Virus record (IMG/VR): IMGVR_UViG_3300037225_000856
Span: 32,001 to 96,000 of that record
Length of the DNA: 64,000 nt
Strand: one strand, 5' to 3'
DNA from: a virus
Shown here: positions 10,740 to 20,100 of the stretch, in pieces
Numbering within the stretch: the stretch's first letter is position 1
Layout: each line of letters begins with the position of its first letter
Notes under the pieces: model-generated
What the model was told of the DNA's origin: nothing
Seen by the model: only the letters and a program-made list of their open reading frames with translations
Databases searched by the model: none
Translations under genes and position numbers: made by a program

Positions 10740-11861
10740 ATGACCTTCTTCAGTCGTCCCGATCTCAGTTCGGTCCAATTTAAACAATTACCCGATTCAA
10801 TATTAAATTTGTCTGGTCAAACCCGAATAGAAACAACAACAGGTTTAACACTTGCAAATGGTAGTGGCAGCACTATTATTATTAATGCAAAAGGTAGTGA
10901 TCTTGTTGGTAATGTATTAACTTTTGATGGCACTGAAATTAAATTAATGCCATCTACATCATCGGGTATTGTAGTATATAATCCGCCATATAGATCGCCA
11001 GCATCTATAACATTAGGTGGAATTATTACTGGAACTACGCTTACAGGAAGAACAATATCTTCAATTATTGAACAATTATTAGTTCCAACAGTAAATCCTA
11101 CTTTAAAAGCACCTTCAAGCACATTTAATGTTTCATTATCAAACCCATATGAAATAGGTTCTATTGTAAGTGTAGTTGGTTGTACATGTCTTAGTGTAGG
11201 TTCTATTAATCCACAATATTCTTCAGCGTCATCATGCAGAAGTAATGGTGCAATATCGCATAATTATATTGATTTTAATGGTGGTACTTGTAGTTGTTTT
11301 GGAAATACATGTACTTGTACACGCTCATTACCAGCATATACGGTTGTTGCAGGTATAAGAACAGCATATGGTTCTGTTTCATATTGTGCAGGTGTTCAAC
11401 CTAAAAATAATTGCGGTTCAAACTATTTAAGTCCATTAACTTCTGGAACTACAACTCCAATAGGTGTTATTGTTTGTGGTTTATATCCATATTTTTATGG
11501 CAAAGTTGCAAGTGGTGGTTGTCCTGCAGGTGTTAATAGACCAACACCAACGTGTGCATTGGTAATTAGCGGAACAAAATGTGTTTGTGACAGTAGTAGT
11601 ATTATATATATTAATTTTAATAGTACCTCAGATGATTATTTGTTTTTTGCAATACCAAGTGCTTCAGCAGCTAAAACATGTTGGTATATAAATGCACTTA
11701 ATAATGGTGCAATTGGTGGTGCAGTAAGTGCTGGTGGTAATTTATTCCCAGCACTTGCTTCTGTGAATCCAGTAACAACAGCATGTTGGGCAGGTCAAAC
11801 ATATAATGTTTATATAAGTAATTATCAATCGGCAGTAAATACATTAATGACAATATATTAA
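10740..11861 (+). CDS. virion structural / fibre-associated protein A1 (Cys-rich C-terminal half)
   Basis: S/T/G-rich; C-terminal domain paralogous to 16147..17136 (INFNS..DYL.FAIP..AAKTCW..NNGAIGG.VS..NLFPA). Confidence 0.55.
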   Translation: MTFFSRPDLSSVQFKQLPDSILNLSGQTRIETTTGLTLANGSGSTIIINAKGSDLVGNVLTFDGTEIKLMPSTSSGIVVYNPPYRSPASITLGGIITGTTLTGRTISSIIEQLLVPTVNPTLKAPSSTFNVSLSNPYEIGSIVSVVGCTCLSVGSINPQYSSASSCRSNGAISHNYIDFNGGTCSCFGNTCTCTRSLPAYTVVAGIRTAYGSVSYCAGVQPKNNCGSNYLSPLTSGTTTPIGVIVCGLYPYFYGKVASGGCPAGVNRPTPTCALVISGTKCVCDSSSIIYINFNSTSDDYLFFAIPSASAAKTCWYINALNNGAIGGAVSAGGNLFPALASVNPVTTACWAGQTYNVYISNYQSAVNTLMTIY

Positions 11862-11886
11862 TAATAAAAATTAAAAATATAAAAAA

Positions 11887-14802
11887 ATGGCAATAATATT
11901 AAATGATAATCTTAAAATAAATGCAGGTAAACCAATTGATTCGAGATATTTAACAACTGGAAATACTATATATACTTCAACTGGTGCAACCAATTCAGCA
12001 ATTCCAATTCCTTTAAGGTATACTGGTTTAACAGTTAATATTTTAGGCACTGAATATTGGTATAAAACTGGCGTTGCTGACATTAATTTAATTCAGAAAA
12101 TATATAATAGTATAATACCAATAGGTAATTTTATTACTGGTGCGACAAATATTGGATTTTTTAGTGGACATACAAGTATTCAAACACTTAATATTACAAC
12201 ATCAAGTGGCATAATTGGAAATTATTTAGATTATACTGGTAGTTATTCTTCATTATATAATTATTATTATAGAGGTTTTGATCAAAAAATTCATATTGGT
12301 ACACCAAATGATAACATACCAAAAAGAGGTTATGTAAAAACAGTATTACCAGTTGAATCATGGATTTGGAATCAATATACTGGTGGTAGTGGAAATTTAC
12401 TTGGTTGGATTTTTGTTCAAGGTGATATTTCATTAAAAATTGGACAAACTGTAAATGGTGTGATATATTATACTGGTTCGTCTCAAGTTTATACACAAAC
12501 TGCATGGAGTGCTCCAGCTAATAATGGAGGAAAAGCAGTTATTAATTCAGTTCTTGGCAGTTTAACAACTGGTACTACAATAAGTATTGGAGGACCGGTT
12601 TTTGCCACTAAAACCAATAATGTATTGAATTTTAGAACAATTCAAAGTAAAACTCCAAATATATTGAATATAAGTTCTGATGAAGCATTTATTTATTTAT
12701 CTGGCACAACACAAGCAGCACAAATAAATCAAGGTATTAATATTGGTAGTGGCGTTGGTATTTATGGAGGTTTAAGTGGTACATCTCTTCAATTTAGAAG
12801 TATTGTTGGTAGTGGTAATACAACAGTTGGTTTAAATGGAAATACAGTCGCAATTTATTCAAGCGGTGGTGGTACAATTACAGGTGCAACAAATGGTTTA
12901 AATATTAACGGTAAAAATGTTCAATTAGGTGGCACTATAACTATACCTACAATAATAAAAGATTCGAGAATAGTGCCTGTTGGTATTGAATATGACAGTA
13001 ATTATAATGTTACATTTAGTAGTCGTTCATTAGTAGATAAAGCATACGTAGATGCTGTTGCAGCAGGACTTGTTCCTAAATTAGCTGTTGAAGTTGCAAC
13101 AACAAGTAATATTACATTAAGTGGCATTTTAACAATTGATGGTGTTTCTACAATAAATAATATGAGAGTATTAGTTAAAAATCAAATAAGTGGTCAAACG
13201 AATGGAATATATGTTGTTAATAGTGGTGGTACTTGGAGTCGTTCAATAGATTTTAATTTTGTTCCTTCTGGTGAAGTTGTTCAAGGTGTATTAGTACCTG
13301 TTATTAGCGGTAATACACAAAAAAATACTCTTTGGGTATTAGTAACACCAAATCCAATTATTAGCGGAGTTACTTCAATAATATTTGGTTTATTTAGTAG
13401 TTCAAATTTTATTGCAGGTACTGGTATAAATATTGGGGGTAGTACGATATCAACAGATACACTAACTCAATCAATAATTAATTCTGCAATTACTGGTGCT
13501 ACAAACGGGTTAACAAAAATTAGTAATAGAAAAGTTTGTCTTGGTGGTACATTAAGTGATGACGTTACTATTAATTTAAATTCATGTAAAATAAATTTTA
13601 TTAATGGTAGTGTAGTATCATGTGGTGCAACAAGTCACGGTTTTGATAGTTATAATGATTATAAATTGAGTGGTCAGACATTTATAAGTGTACCTAGTAA
13701 AAATTTTGCTTGTGGTAATTTAGCTGTTGGTTATCAAGCACTTTATAATAACACAACTGGTTATGGTAATTTAGCTATTGGTTATGGTGCACTTTTAAAT
13801 AATACTTGTGGTAATCGTAATATTGCAATTGGTTATAATGCACTTTGTTCTAATACAACAGGAAGTACTAATATTGCAATTGGTAATTATGCACTTTTAC
13901 GTAATATTTATGGTTGTAATAATATTGCAATTGGTTGTAGTGCACTTTCTTATAACACTTGTGGTTGCAATAACATTGCTAATGGTTATGGTACACTTTT
14001 ATGTAATAAATTTGGTTGTAATAATATTGCAATTGGTTGTAGTGCACTTCTTTATAATACTTGTGGTTGTAATAACATTGCTAATGGTGGTTTTGCACTT
14101 TATAATAATATTAGTGGTTCTTCTAATATTGCAATTGGATGTGGTACACTTTTATATAATAAATTTGGTTGTAATAATATTGCAATTGGTTATCAAACAC
14201 TTTGTAGTAATATAACTGGAAGTACTAATATTGCAATAGGATATACTGCAGGATATTATGAAACAGGTTCAAGTAAATTATATATTGCAAATTCATCCAC
14301 AACTCATCCATTAATTTTTGGTGATTTTTCAACTAACTGTGCAATAATTTACGGTGCATTTAAAACAAGTGGTGCTACATCACTCCTTGTAGCTCCTGCT
14401 GCTGGTACAACCTCTGATGCAATATTGGTTTGGAATAGTAGTGATAAGTTAATTAAAACAATGCCATATATAAGTGGTGGTACTGGCGGGGGTGATAAAA
14501 ATAATATATATTCCAAAACCATAATTACTGGCAATACATTATTAACAACAGGTAGCACATATGTGATATTAGCATCAGGCACTTCAATAACAATTACATT
14601 ACCTACAACACCACTTACCGGACAAGTATTTAAAATTAAAGATGCCTATGGCAATGCATTGACTAACAATATAATTATTAATGCTGGTTCAGGTAGAACA
14701 ATTGATGGCTCACAATGTGCATTAATTAATACAAATTATGGTGCTCTTGAACTTATGTTTGGTGCTACATGTAAATGGTTTAATTTGGCTTTTATTAACT
14801 AA
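11887..14802 (+). CDS. tail fibre / adhesin-like protein B1 with 17-aa NIAIG..AL repeats
   Basis: VDKAYVD and ATTSNITLSG..IDGV..RVLVKNQ..NGIY..WSR fibre motifs; YadA/Hia-like repeats; C-terminal ITLP..G.VF.IKD domain. Confidence 0.75.
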   Translation: MAIILNDNLKINAGKPIDSRYLTTGNTIYTSTGATNSAIPIPLRYTGLTVNILGTEYWYKTGVADINLIQKIYNSIIPIGNFITGATNIGFFSGHTSIQTLNITTSSGIIGNYLDYTGSYSSLYNYYYRGFDQKIHIGTPNDNIPKRGYVKTVLPVESWIWNQYTGGSGNLLGWIFVQGDISLKIGQTVNGVIYYTGSSQVYTQTAWSAPANNGGKAVINSVLGSLTTGTTISIGGPVFATKTNNVLNFRTIQSKTPNILNISSDEAFIYLSGTTQAAQINQGINIGSGVGIYGGLSGTSLQFRSIVGSGNTTVGLNGNTVAIYSSGGGTITGATNGLNINGKNVQLGGTITIPTIIKDSRIVPVGIEYDSNYNVTFSSRSLVDKAYVDAVAAGLVPKLAVEVATTSNITLSGILTIDGVSTINNMRVLVKNQISGQTNGIYVVNSGGTWSRSIDFNFVPSGEVVQGVLVPVISGNTQKNTLWVLVTPNPIISGVTSIIFGLFSSSNFIAGTGINIGGSTISTDTLTQSIINSAITGATNGLTKISNRKVCLGGTLSDDVTINLNSCKINFINGSVVSCGATSHGFDSYNDYKLSGQTFISVPSKNFACGNLAVGYQALYNNTTGYGNLAIGYGALLNNTCGNRNIAIGYNALCSNTTGSTNIAIGNYALLRNIYGCNNIAIGCSALSYNTCGCNNIANGYGTLLCNKFGCNNIAIGCSALLYNTCGCNNIANGGFALYNNISGSSNIAIGCGTLLYNKFGCNNIAIGYQTLCSNITGSTNIAIGYTAGYYETGSSKLYIANSSTTHPLIFGDFSTNCAIIYGAFKTSGATSLLVAPAAGTTSDAILVWNSSDKLIKTMPYISGGTGGGDKNNIYSKTIITGNTLLTTGSTYVILASGTSITITLPTTPLTGQVFKIKDAYGNALTNNIIINAGSGRTIDGSQCALINTNYGALELMFGATCKWFNLAFIN
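13700..14260 (+). repeat. 51-bp (17-aa) coding tandem repeats in fibre B1
   Basis: recurring ggttgtaataatattgcaattggt..gcactt units. Confidence 0.85.
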
Positions 14803-14869
14803 TAATTTATAATTTATAATTTATTGGTGATAATAATTAAAATGAAAATTATTATATTCTTATTTTTTT

Positions 14870-14909
14870 CTTGTAAATTGAGTTTTTCATGATTATCTTT
14901 GTATTTATA
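14870..14909 (+). promoter_or_regulatory. composite promoter: TTG-N20-TATCTTTG overlapping GTATTTATA
   Basis: TATCTTTG 14894-14901, GTATTTATA 14901-14909, upstream of the glycosyltransferase. Confidence 0.6.
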
Positions 14910-14946
14910 AAAAAATATAAAAAATTATAAATTAAATTAAAACTCA

Positions 14947-15885
14947 ATGATAGTAAACAGTAAAAAAACAGATAATGATAGGTATGTAATCGCTGAAATT
15001 TTTGGCGGACATGGAAAAACCATCGTTTCAACTGCAGTAATTCGTGCAATTAAGAAGCAGTATCCTGATTATAAAATAATTGTAATTGCCAGTTGGGATG
15101 GAAGTTTTTTTTATAATCCTGATGTTTTTAGGTTCTTTTTACAAAATCAAATACCACAATACTTCAAAGAGGATTATCTTAAAGAAGATACTATTATAAT
15201 GAAACATGATCCTTATAATGAAACAAATCATATTCTTAGAAAAGAACATCTGACTGAGACTTGGTGTAAAATGTTTAATGTACCTTATGATGGTTATAAA
15301 CCTAAAATCTATTTAAACCCACGTGAACTTGAAATAGCGAGAGATAAAATAAAACCAGATAATCGTCCTATTATGCTTCTCCAGACACACGGAGGAAGCA
15401 ATCAACAATATTCGAAAAAATCTTGGTATAGGGATATGCCTATAGAGACAGCGCAAAAATTAGTAAATTATTTTAATAAGTCCTACCGTATACTTCATAT
15501 TAAGTCACCAGAGCAACCAATTTTACAAGGTGTTGAACCTCTTACTTTACCATATAGAGAATTATATGCCGTATTTCCACTTTCAACAAAAAGACTGTTC
15601 ATAGATTCTTTTGCTCAACATGTTGCAGCAGCATTGGATTTACCAAGCACTGTTGTTTGGATTGGTAATTCACCCAAAGTATTTGGTTATCCTGAAAATA
15701 TAAATATATTGCCGAATGCGAATATTATAAACAATCTTGATAAATTTACATACTTAGTTGATGATATTTCTGGCATGGTGCAAGCCTTCCCGTATGATAC
15801 TGTTAATTTGTTCGATATAAATAAAATTATTGAAGCAGTAAACAAACAACCAGTTCCAGATGTTTCAAAGATGAATTTCATGTAA
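14947..15885 (+). CDS. GT-B glycosyltransferase, GT9/heptosyltransferase-like
   Basis: N-terminal GGHGKTI..IRAIKKQYPD; C-terminal FIDSFAQHVAAALDLPSTVVW (DS..H.AAA motif). Confidence 0.75.
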   Translation: MIVNSKKTDNDRYVIAEIFGGHGKTIVSTAVIRAIKKQYPDYKIIVIASWDGSFFYNPDVFRFFLQNQIPQYFKEDYLKEDTIIMKHDPYNETNHILRKEHLTETWCKMFNVPYDGYKPKIYLNPRELEIARDKIKPDNRPIMLLQTHGGSNQQYSKKSWYRDMPIETAQKLVNYFNKSYRILHIKSPEQPILQGVEPLTLPYRELYAVFPLSTKRLFIDSFAQHVAAALDLPSTVVWIGNSPKVFGYPENINILPNANIINNLDKFTYLVDDISGMVQAFPYDTVNLFDINKIIEAVNKQPVPDVSKMNFM

Positions 15886-15924
15886 AGAGAATTAGTCATC
15901 ATTTTTAATGTTGTTTATTTTTTT

Positions 15925-15953
15925 AAAAACCCATTGTTATCAGTGGGTTTTTT
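15925..15953 (+). terminator. intrinsic terminator
   Basis: AAAAACCCATTG-TTAT-CAGTGGGTTTTTT. Confidence 0.75.
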
Positions 15954-16146
15954 GTTTTGGTTGTCATTTGTCAATTATTGTTTTAAAAGTATTTATAGAC
16001 ATTAAGATTAATTAATGTGAAAATAATGGTTCAATTATATTTATATTAATATTTTAAAGCTGTAATGGTAATTATTAATTAATAAAAACTATTTATAAAT
16101 AACTAATTAAAACTATTTATAGATAGATGATTTAAATATAAAAAAT

Positions 16147-17136
16147 ATGGGTTCTAATACAAAGATAATTTTAAGTGATAGTAAAGCATATCAAACAACT
16201 GGTCAAACACTAACATTATCAGGACATACAAAAATAGCAACTGTCGGTGATTTAAAATATGTAACACATCCAACATTTAGTGAAGATACTCAAATTATTG
16301 ATAAAAAATACGTTGATGATAGTGTTGTAACTACAGGAAGTACTATATATAATTTAGTATCACCATCTACAGTCACTGTTGGCGGGTTGACATCTGGAAC
16401 TGTATTAACAGGTAAAACTTCAAATGAAATACTTAAAGAAATTTTAGTAATGTATTTATTACCTTCTTTCAGTAGTTTTTGTAATAATGTTAGTACTCCT
16501 CTTGAAGTTGGTACTACAATAAGTGGTTCAAAATCATTTAGTTTTGGTTTTGCTAATGCAGGTAATGTTTGTGCAAATACTTTATCTATCAGAGACGTTA
16601 GTATAGGCAGTAATATTGCAACTGCTTGTCCAATATCATCACCTCAATCTGCAACTATTAATGCAAAAACATTTGCTTCTTGTGGTAATACTCAAGTTTG
16701 GTGTGGCTGTGCTACAAATACATGTGGTGCTCAAATAGGTTCAAGTAGTTATACAATAACAGGATTGTTACCTTATTATTGGGGTGTGTGCACATGCCCG
16801 GGTGCTGCTGGTGCTGGTCGTCCAACAGCAACTTGCGCTATGGTAATTGGTGGAACTAAAATACTTGCAAGCAGTGAAGCAATAAGTATTAATTTTAATA
16901 GTGGTGTTAATGATTATTTATGGTTTGCAATTCCTGCAACCGTTGCTGCTAAGACTTGTTGGTGTGTAAATGGTATTAATAATGGTGCAATTGGTGGCGG
17001 AGTAAGTCCTGCATGTAATCTTTTCCCTGCTCCTAATTCAATTAGTGTTACTACTGCTTGTTGGAGTGGTTGTAATTATTGTGTTTATATTAGTAATAAA
17101 CAAACATGTGCAACATCATCAATGTCATTAACATAA
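16147..17136 (+). CDS. virion structural / fibre-associated protein A2 (paralogue of A1, more Cys-rich)
   Basis: IDKKYVD; C-terminal domain aligns with 10740..11861. Confidence 0.55.
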   Translation: MGSNTKIILSDSKAYQTTGQTLTLSGHTKIATVGDLKYVTHPTFSEDTQIIDKKYVDDSVVTTGSTIYNLVSPSTVTVGGLTSGTVLTGKTSNEILKEILVMYLLPSFSSFCNNVSTPLEVGTTISGSKSFSFGFANAGNVCANTLSIRDVSIGSNIATACPISSPQSATINAKTFASCGNTQVWCGCATNTCGAQIGSSSYTITGLLPYYWGVCTCPGAAGAGRPTATCAMVIGGTKILASSEAISINFNSGVNDYLWFAIPATVAAKTCWCVNGINNGAIGGGVSPACNLFPAPNSISVTTACWSGCNYCVYISNKQTCATSSMSLT

Positions 17137-17144
17137 TAAAAATT

Positions 17145-17184
17145 AAAAGATATTTATAAAAACAAAAAGATATTTATAAAAACA
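17145..17184 (+). repeat. perfect 20-bp tandem duplication containing TATTTATA
   Basis: AAAAGATATTTATAAAAACA twice, immediately upstream of 17196. Confidence 0.9.
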
Positions 17185-17195
17185 AAATATAGAAA

Positions 17196-20100
17196 ATGGC
17201 AATAGTTTTAAACGATAACTTAAAAATTAATGTTGGTAATCCGATTGATTCTAAATATTTAAATTCTTTAAATCAACCATATACTGGTGTTACTGCTGTT
17301 AATACGGCAATAGTATTGTCACAAAGATATGTTGGTTTAACAGTTAATGTAAATAAAATAGAATATTGGTATAAAACAGGTGTTACTGATACTGCTTTAG
17401 TTGTTAAAGATAGTGGTATTGCAAATACCGGACTTACTATAGCAATTAATGGTTTAACAAAGGTTGGTAATGTTGTTAAATTAGGTGGTACATTAACTGG
17501 AGATACTACAATTAATTTAGCAACACATAATTTAAATTTAACTAATGGTAATTTAAATTTAACAAATGGCAATATACTATTAATAACAGGTAGTTCAATA
17601 CAATGGAGCGATGGTTCATATATTACAAATACTATTAATGGAATAAGTATAATTGATGATGATTTAATTGTTAGTGGTAATACAACAAGCGTTAAATTTA
17701 TTGAAAATGGTGTTTGTCTTGCAAATAAATATCTTGCAACTGGAGCAACAAGTGTTAATTCTAAAGCATTATGTGGTTGTATACCAAGTTGTTTTTTAGG
17801 TGCAAATTCTTGTGCAGTAGACAGTGCTAAATTAGGTAATAAATTACCAGCTTATTATCTTAATACTGGCACTACTATTATTTGTGCTTGTGATAGTGCT
17901 AAATTGAATAATAAATTACCTGCATATTATCTTAATACTGGTTCAACAGCTTTATGTGCTACTTGTGCAGGTAACGCTTCAACATTAGTCGGTTGTACAC
18001 CAAATTCATTTTTATTGTCTGGTGGTACAGCAGTAAATTCATCGAAATTAGGTAGTCATTTACCTGCATATTATCTTAATACAGGTAGTACAGCAATATG
18101 TGCAACAACAGCAATTAATTCAAAAGCATTATGTGGTTGTGTACCTGCAAGTTTTCTTCTTAGTGGTGGTACAGCTAAAAATTCATTATGTTTAGGCGGT
18201 AATTTAGCTAATACTTATGCATCACTTGCTTCACCTAATTTTACAACATGTATATGTACTCCCGTAATGTGTTCAACAGGTGTAGTTAAAGGAACAATAA
18301 TAAGTGGTTCAAGTTGTGTTGAATCACCAGTTATTCAATTAACAACAGGTGCTGGAGCAGGATGTGTTTTCACGTCAAATGCTACTGGTTGTGGTATTTG
18401 GTGTACTCCTGTTGCTGGTGGAATTCTATGGAGTGGTTCAACTGTTAATGGTGTTGGCACTTATTTGTCCGCATCAAAAATTTATTCAAATGTTAATATG
18501 ACATTTGATGGCACAAAATTGGGTGTAACTGGCAATATATGTGCAAGCACTTGCTTATGTTCTTCAATTACAATTGGTACATCATGTGTTTGCAGTCCTA
18601 TTATATTAGGTTCTAGTTGTGTATGTGGTTTTATTGTTTGTAGCAATACGTGTATTCTTGCAGGTACTTGTGTTACAGGTACAATTATGTGCGCATCTTC
18701 ATGTGTGAGAAGCCCATTAATTTCTGGTGGAACTGTTTGTGGTTTAACTGCTGTATGTGGTGGAATACATTGCGCAACTACTTGTTTTGCTGGTTCAGGT
18801 GCTGGTTTAACAGGCACTGCAGCCAGTTTAACTGTTGGTTGTGCGACTTGTGCTGTTGGAGCAAAAAATCTTTGTGGCTGTGTACCTACATCATTTTTAC
18901 TTAGTGGTGGTACTGCTGTATGTTCAACCTGTGCTGGCAATGCAAGTACCGTGGCTGGTTGTACTCCTTCATGTTTCTTGGGAGTAACCGCATGTGCTTG
19001 TGATTCGAAATGTTTAGGTGGTCATTTACCTGCATATTATCTCAATACTGGTAGTACTGCAATATGTGCAACTTGTGCAATAGGTGCTAAAAACCTTTGT
19101 GGTTGTGTTCCAGCATCGTTTTTACTTAGTGGTGGTACTGCAAAAAATAGTACTTGTTTAAACGGACAATTAGCAAGTTATTATGCACCAATAGCAAGTC
19201 CTAATTTTACAACTTGTATTTGCGCACCTATTGTTTGTGCAACTACTTGTTTTGTTGGTAGTGGTGCAGGTTTAACTGGCACTGCAGTTTCACTAAAAAG
19301 TAATGATTCTTGTTGTTTAAATGGAGTATTAGCTGCAGGTTATCTTTTATCTGGTGGTACAGCTAAAAATTCATTATGTTTAGGTGGTAAATTACCTGCA
19401 TATTACCTTAATACAGGTACTACAATTACTTGTGCAAATGATTCAGCAAAATTAAATAATAGATTACCAGCATATTATCTTAATACTGGCAGTACTGCAT
19501 TATGTGCAACTTGCGCTGGTAATGCATCAACATTAGTAGCTTGCACACCATCATGTTTTTTAGGTGCTACTGCTTGTGCAGTTGATAGTGCAAAATTGGG
19601 TAATAAATTACCTGCTTATTATCTTAATACTGGTAGTACAGCAATATGTGCAACAACTGCAGGAAATGCATTATGTTTAGGTGGTTCACTTGCTGCTTGT
19701 TATGCTACAAAAGCATTAGCAATTACTGGTGCTACAAGTTTAGGTAGTGGATGTGTTGTTTATTCAACAGTTGCTAATAATAACTTAAAATTTAAGTCAT
19801 TAAGTGGTGGAAGTGGTATTTCAATGAGCAGTACTGCAAATGTAATTAATATTTGTGGTATTGGTTGGTCAAATTTAACTAATGGTTCAACTGTTGTTGG
19901 TTGTGGAACAGTTGCAAGTGGCAACACATCTTTATGTAATACATTTATTGGTGTTTGTGCAGGTAAGAATATTAATATTGCTGGTTGTGATAATACTGGT
20001 ATTGGTTTTCAAGCACTTTACAGTAATACTTGTGGTTTTGGCAATGTTGCAATTGGTTTTCAAGCACTTCAAAGTAATATTAGTGGTCTTGGCAATGTTG

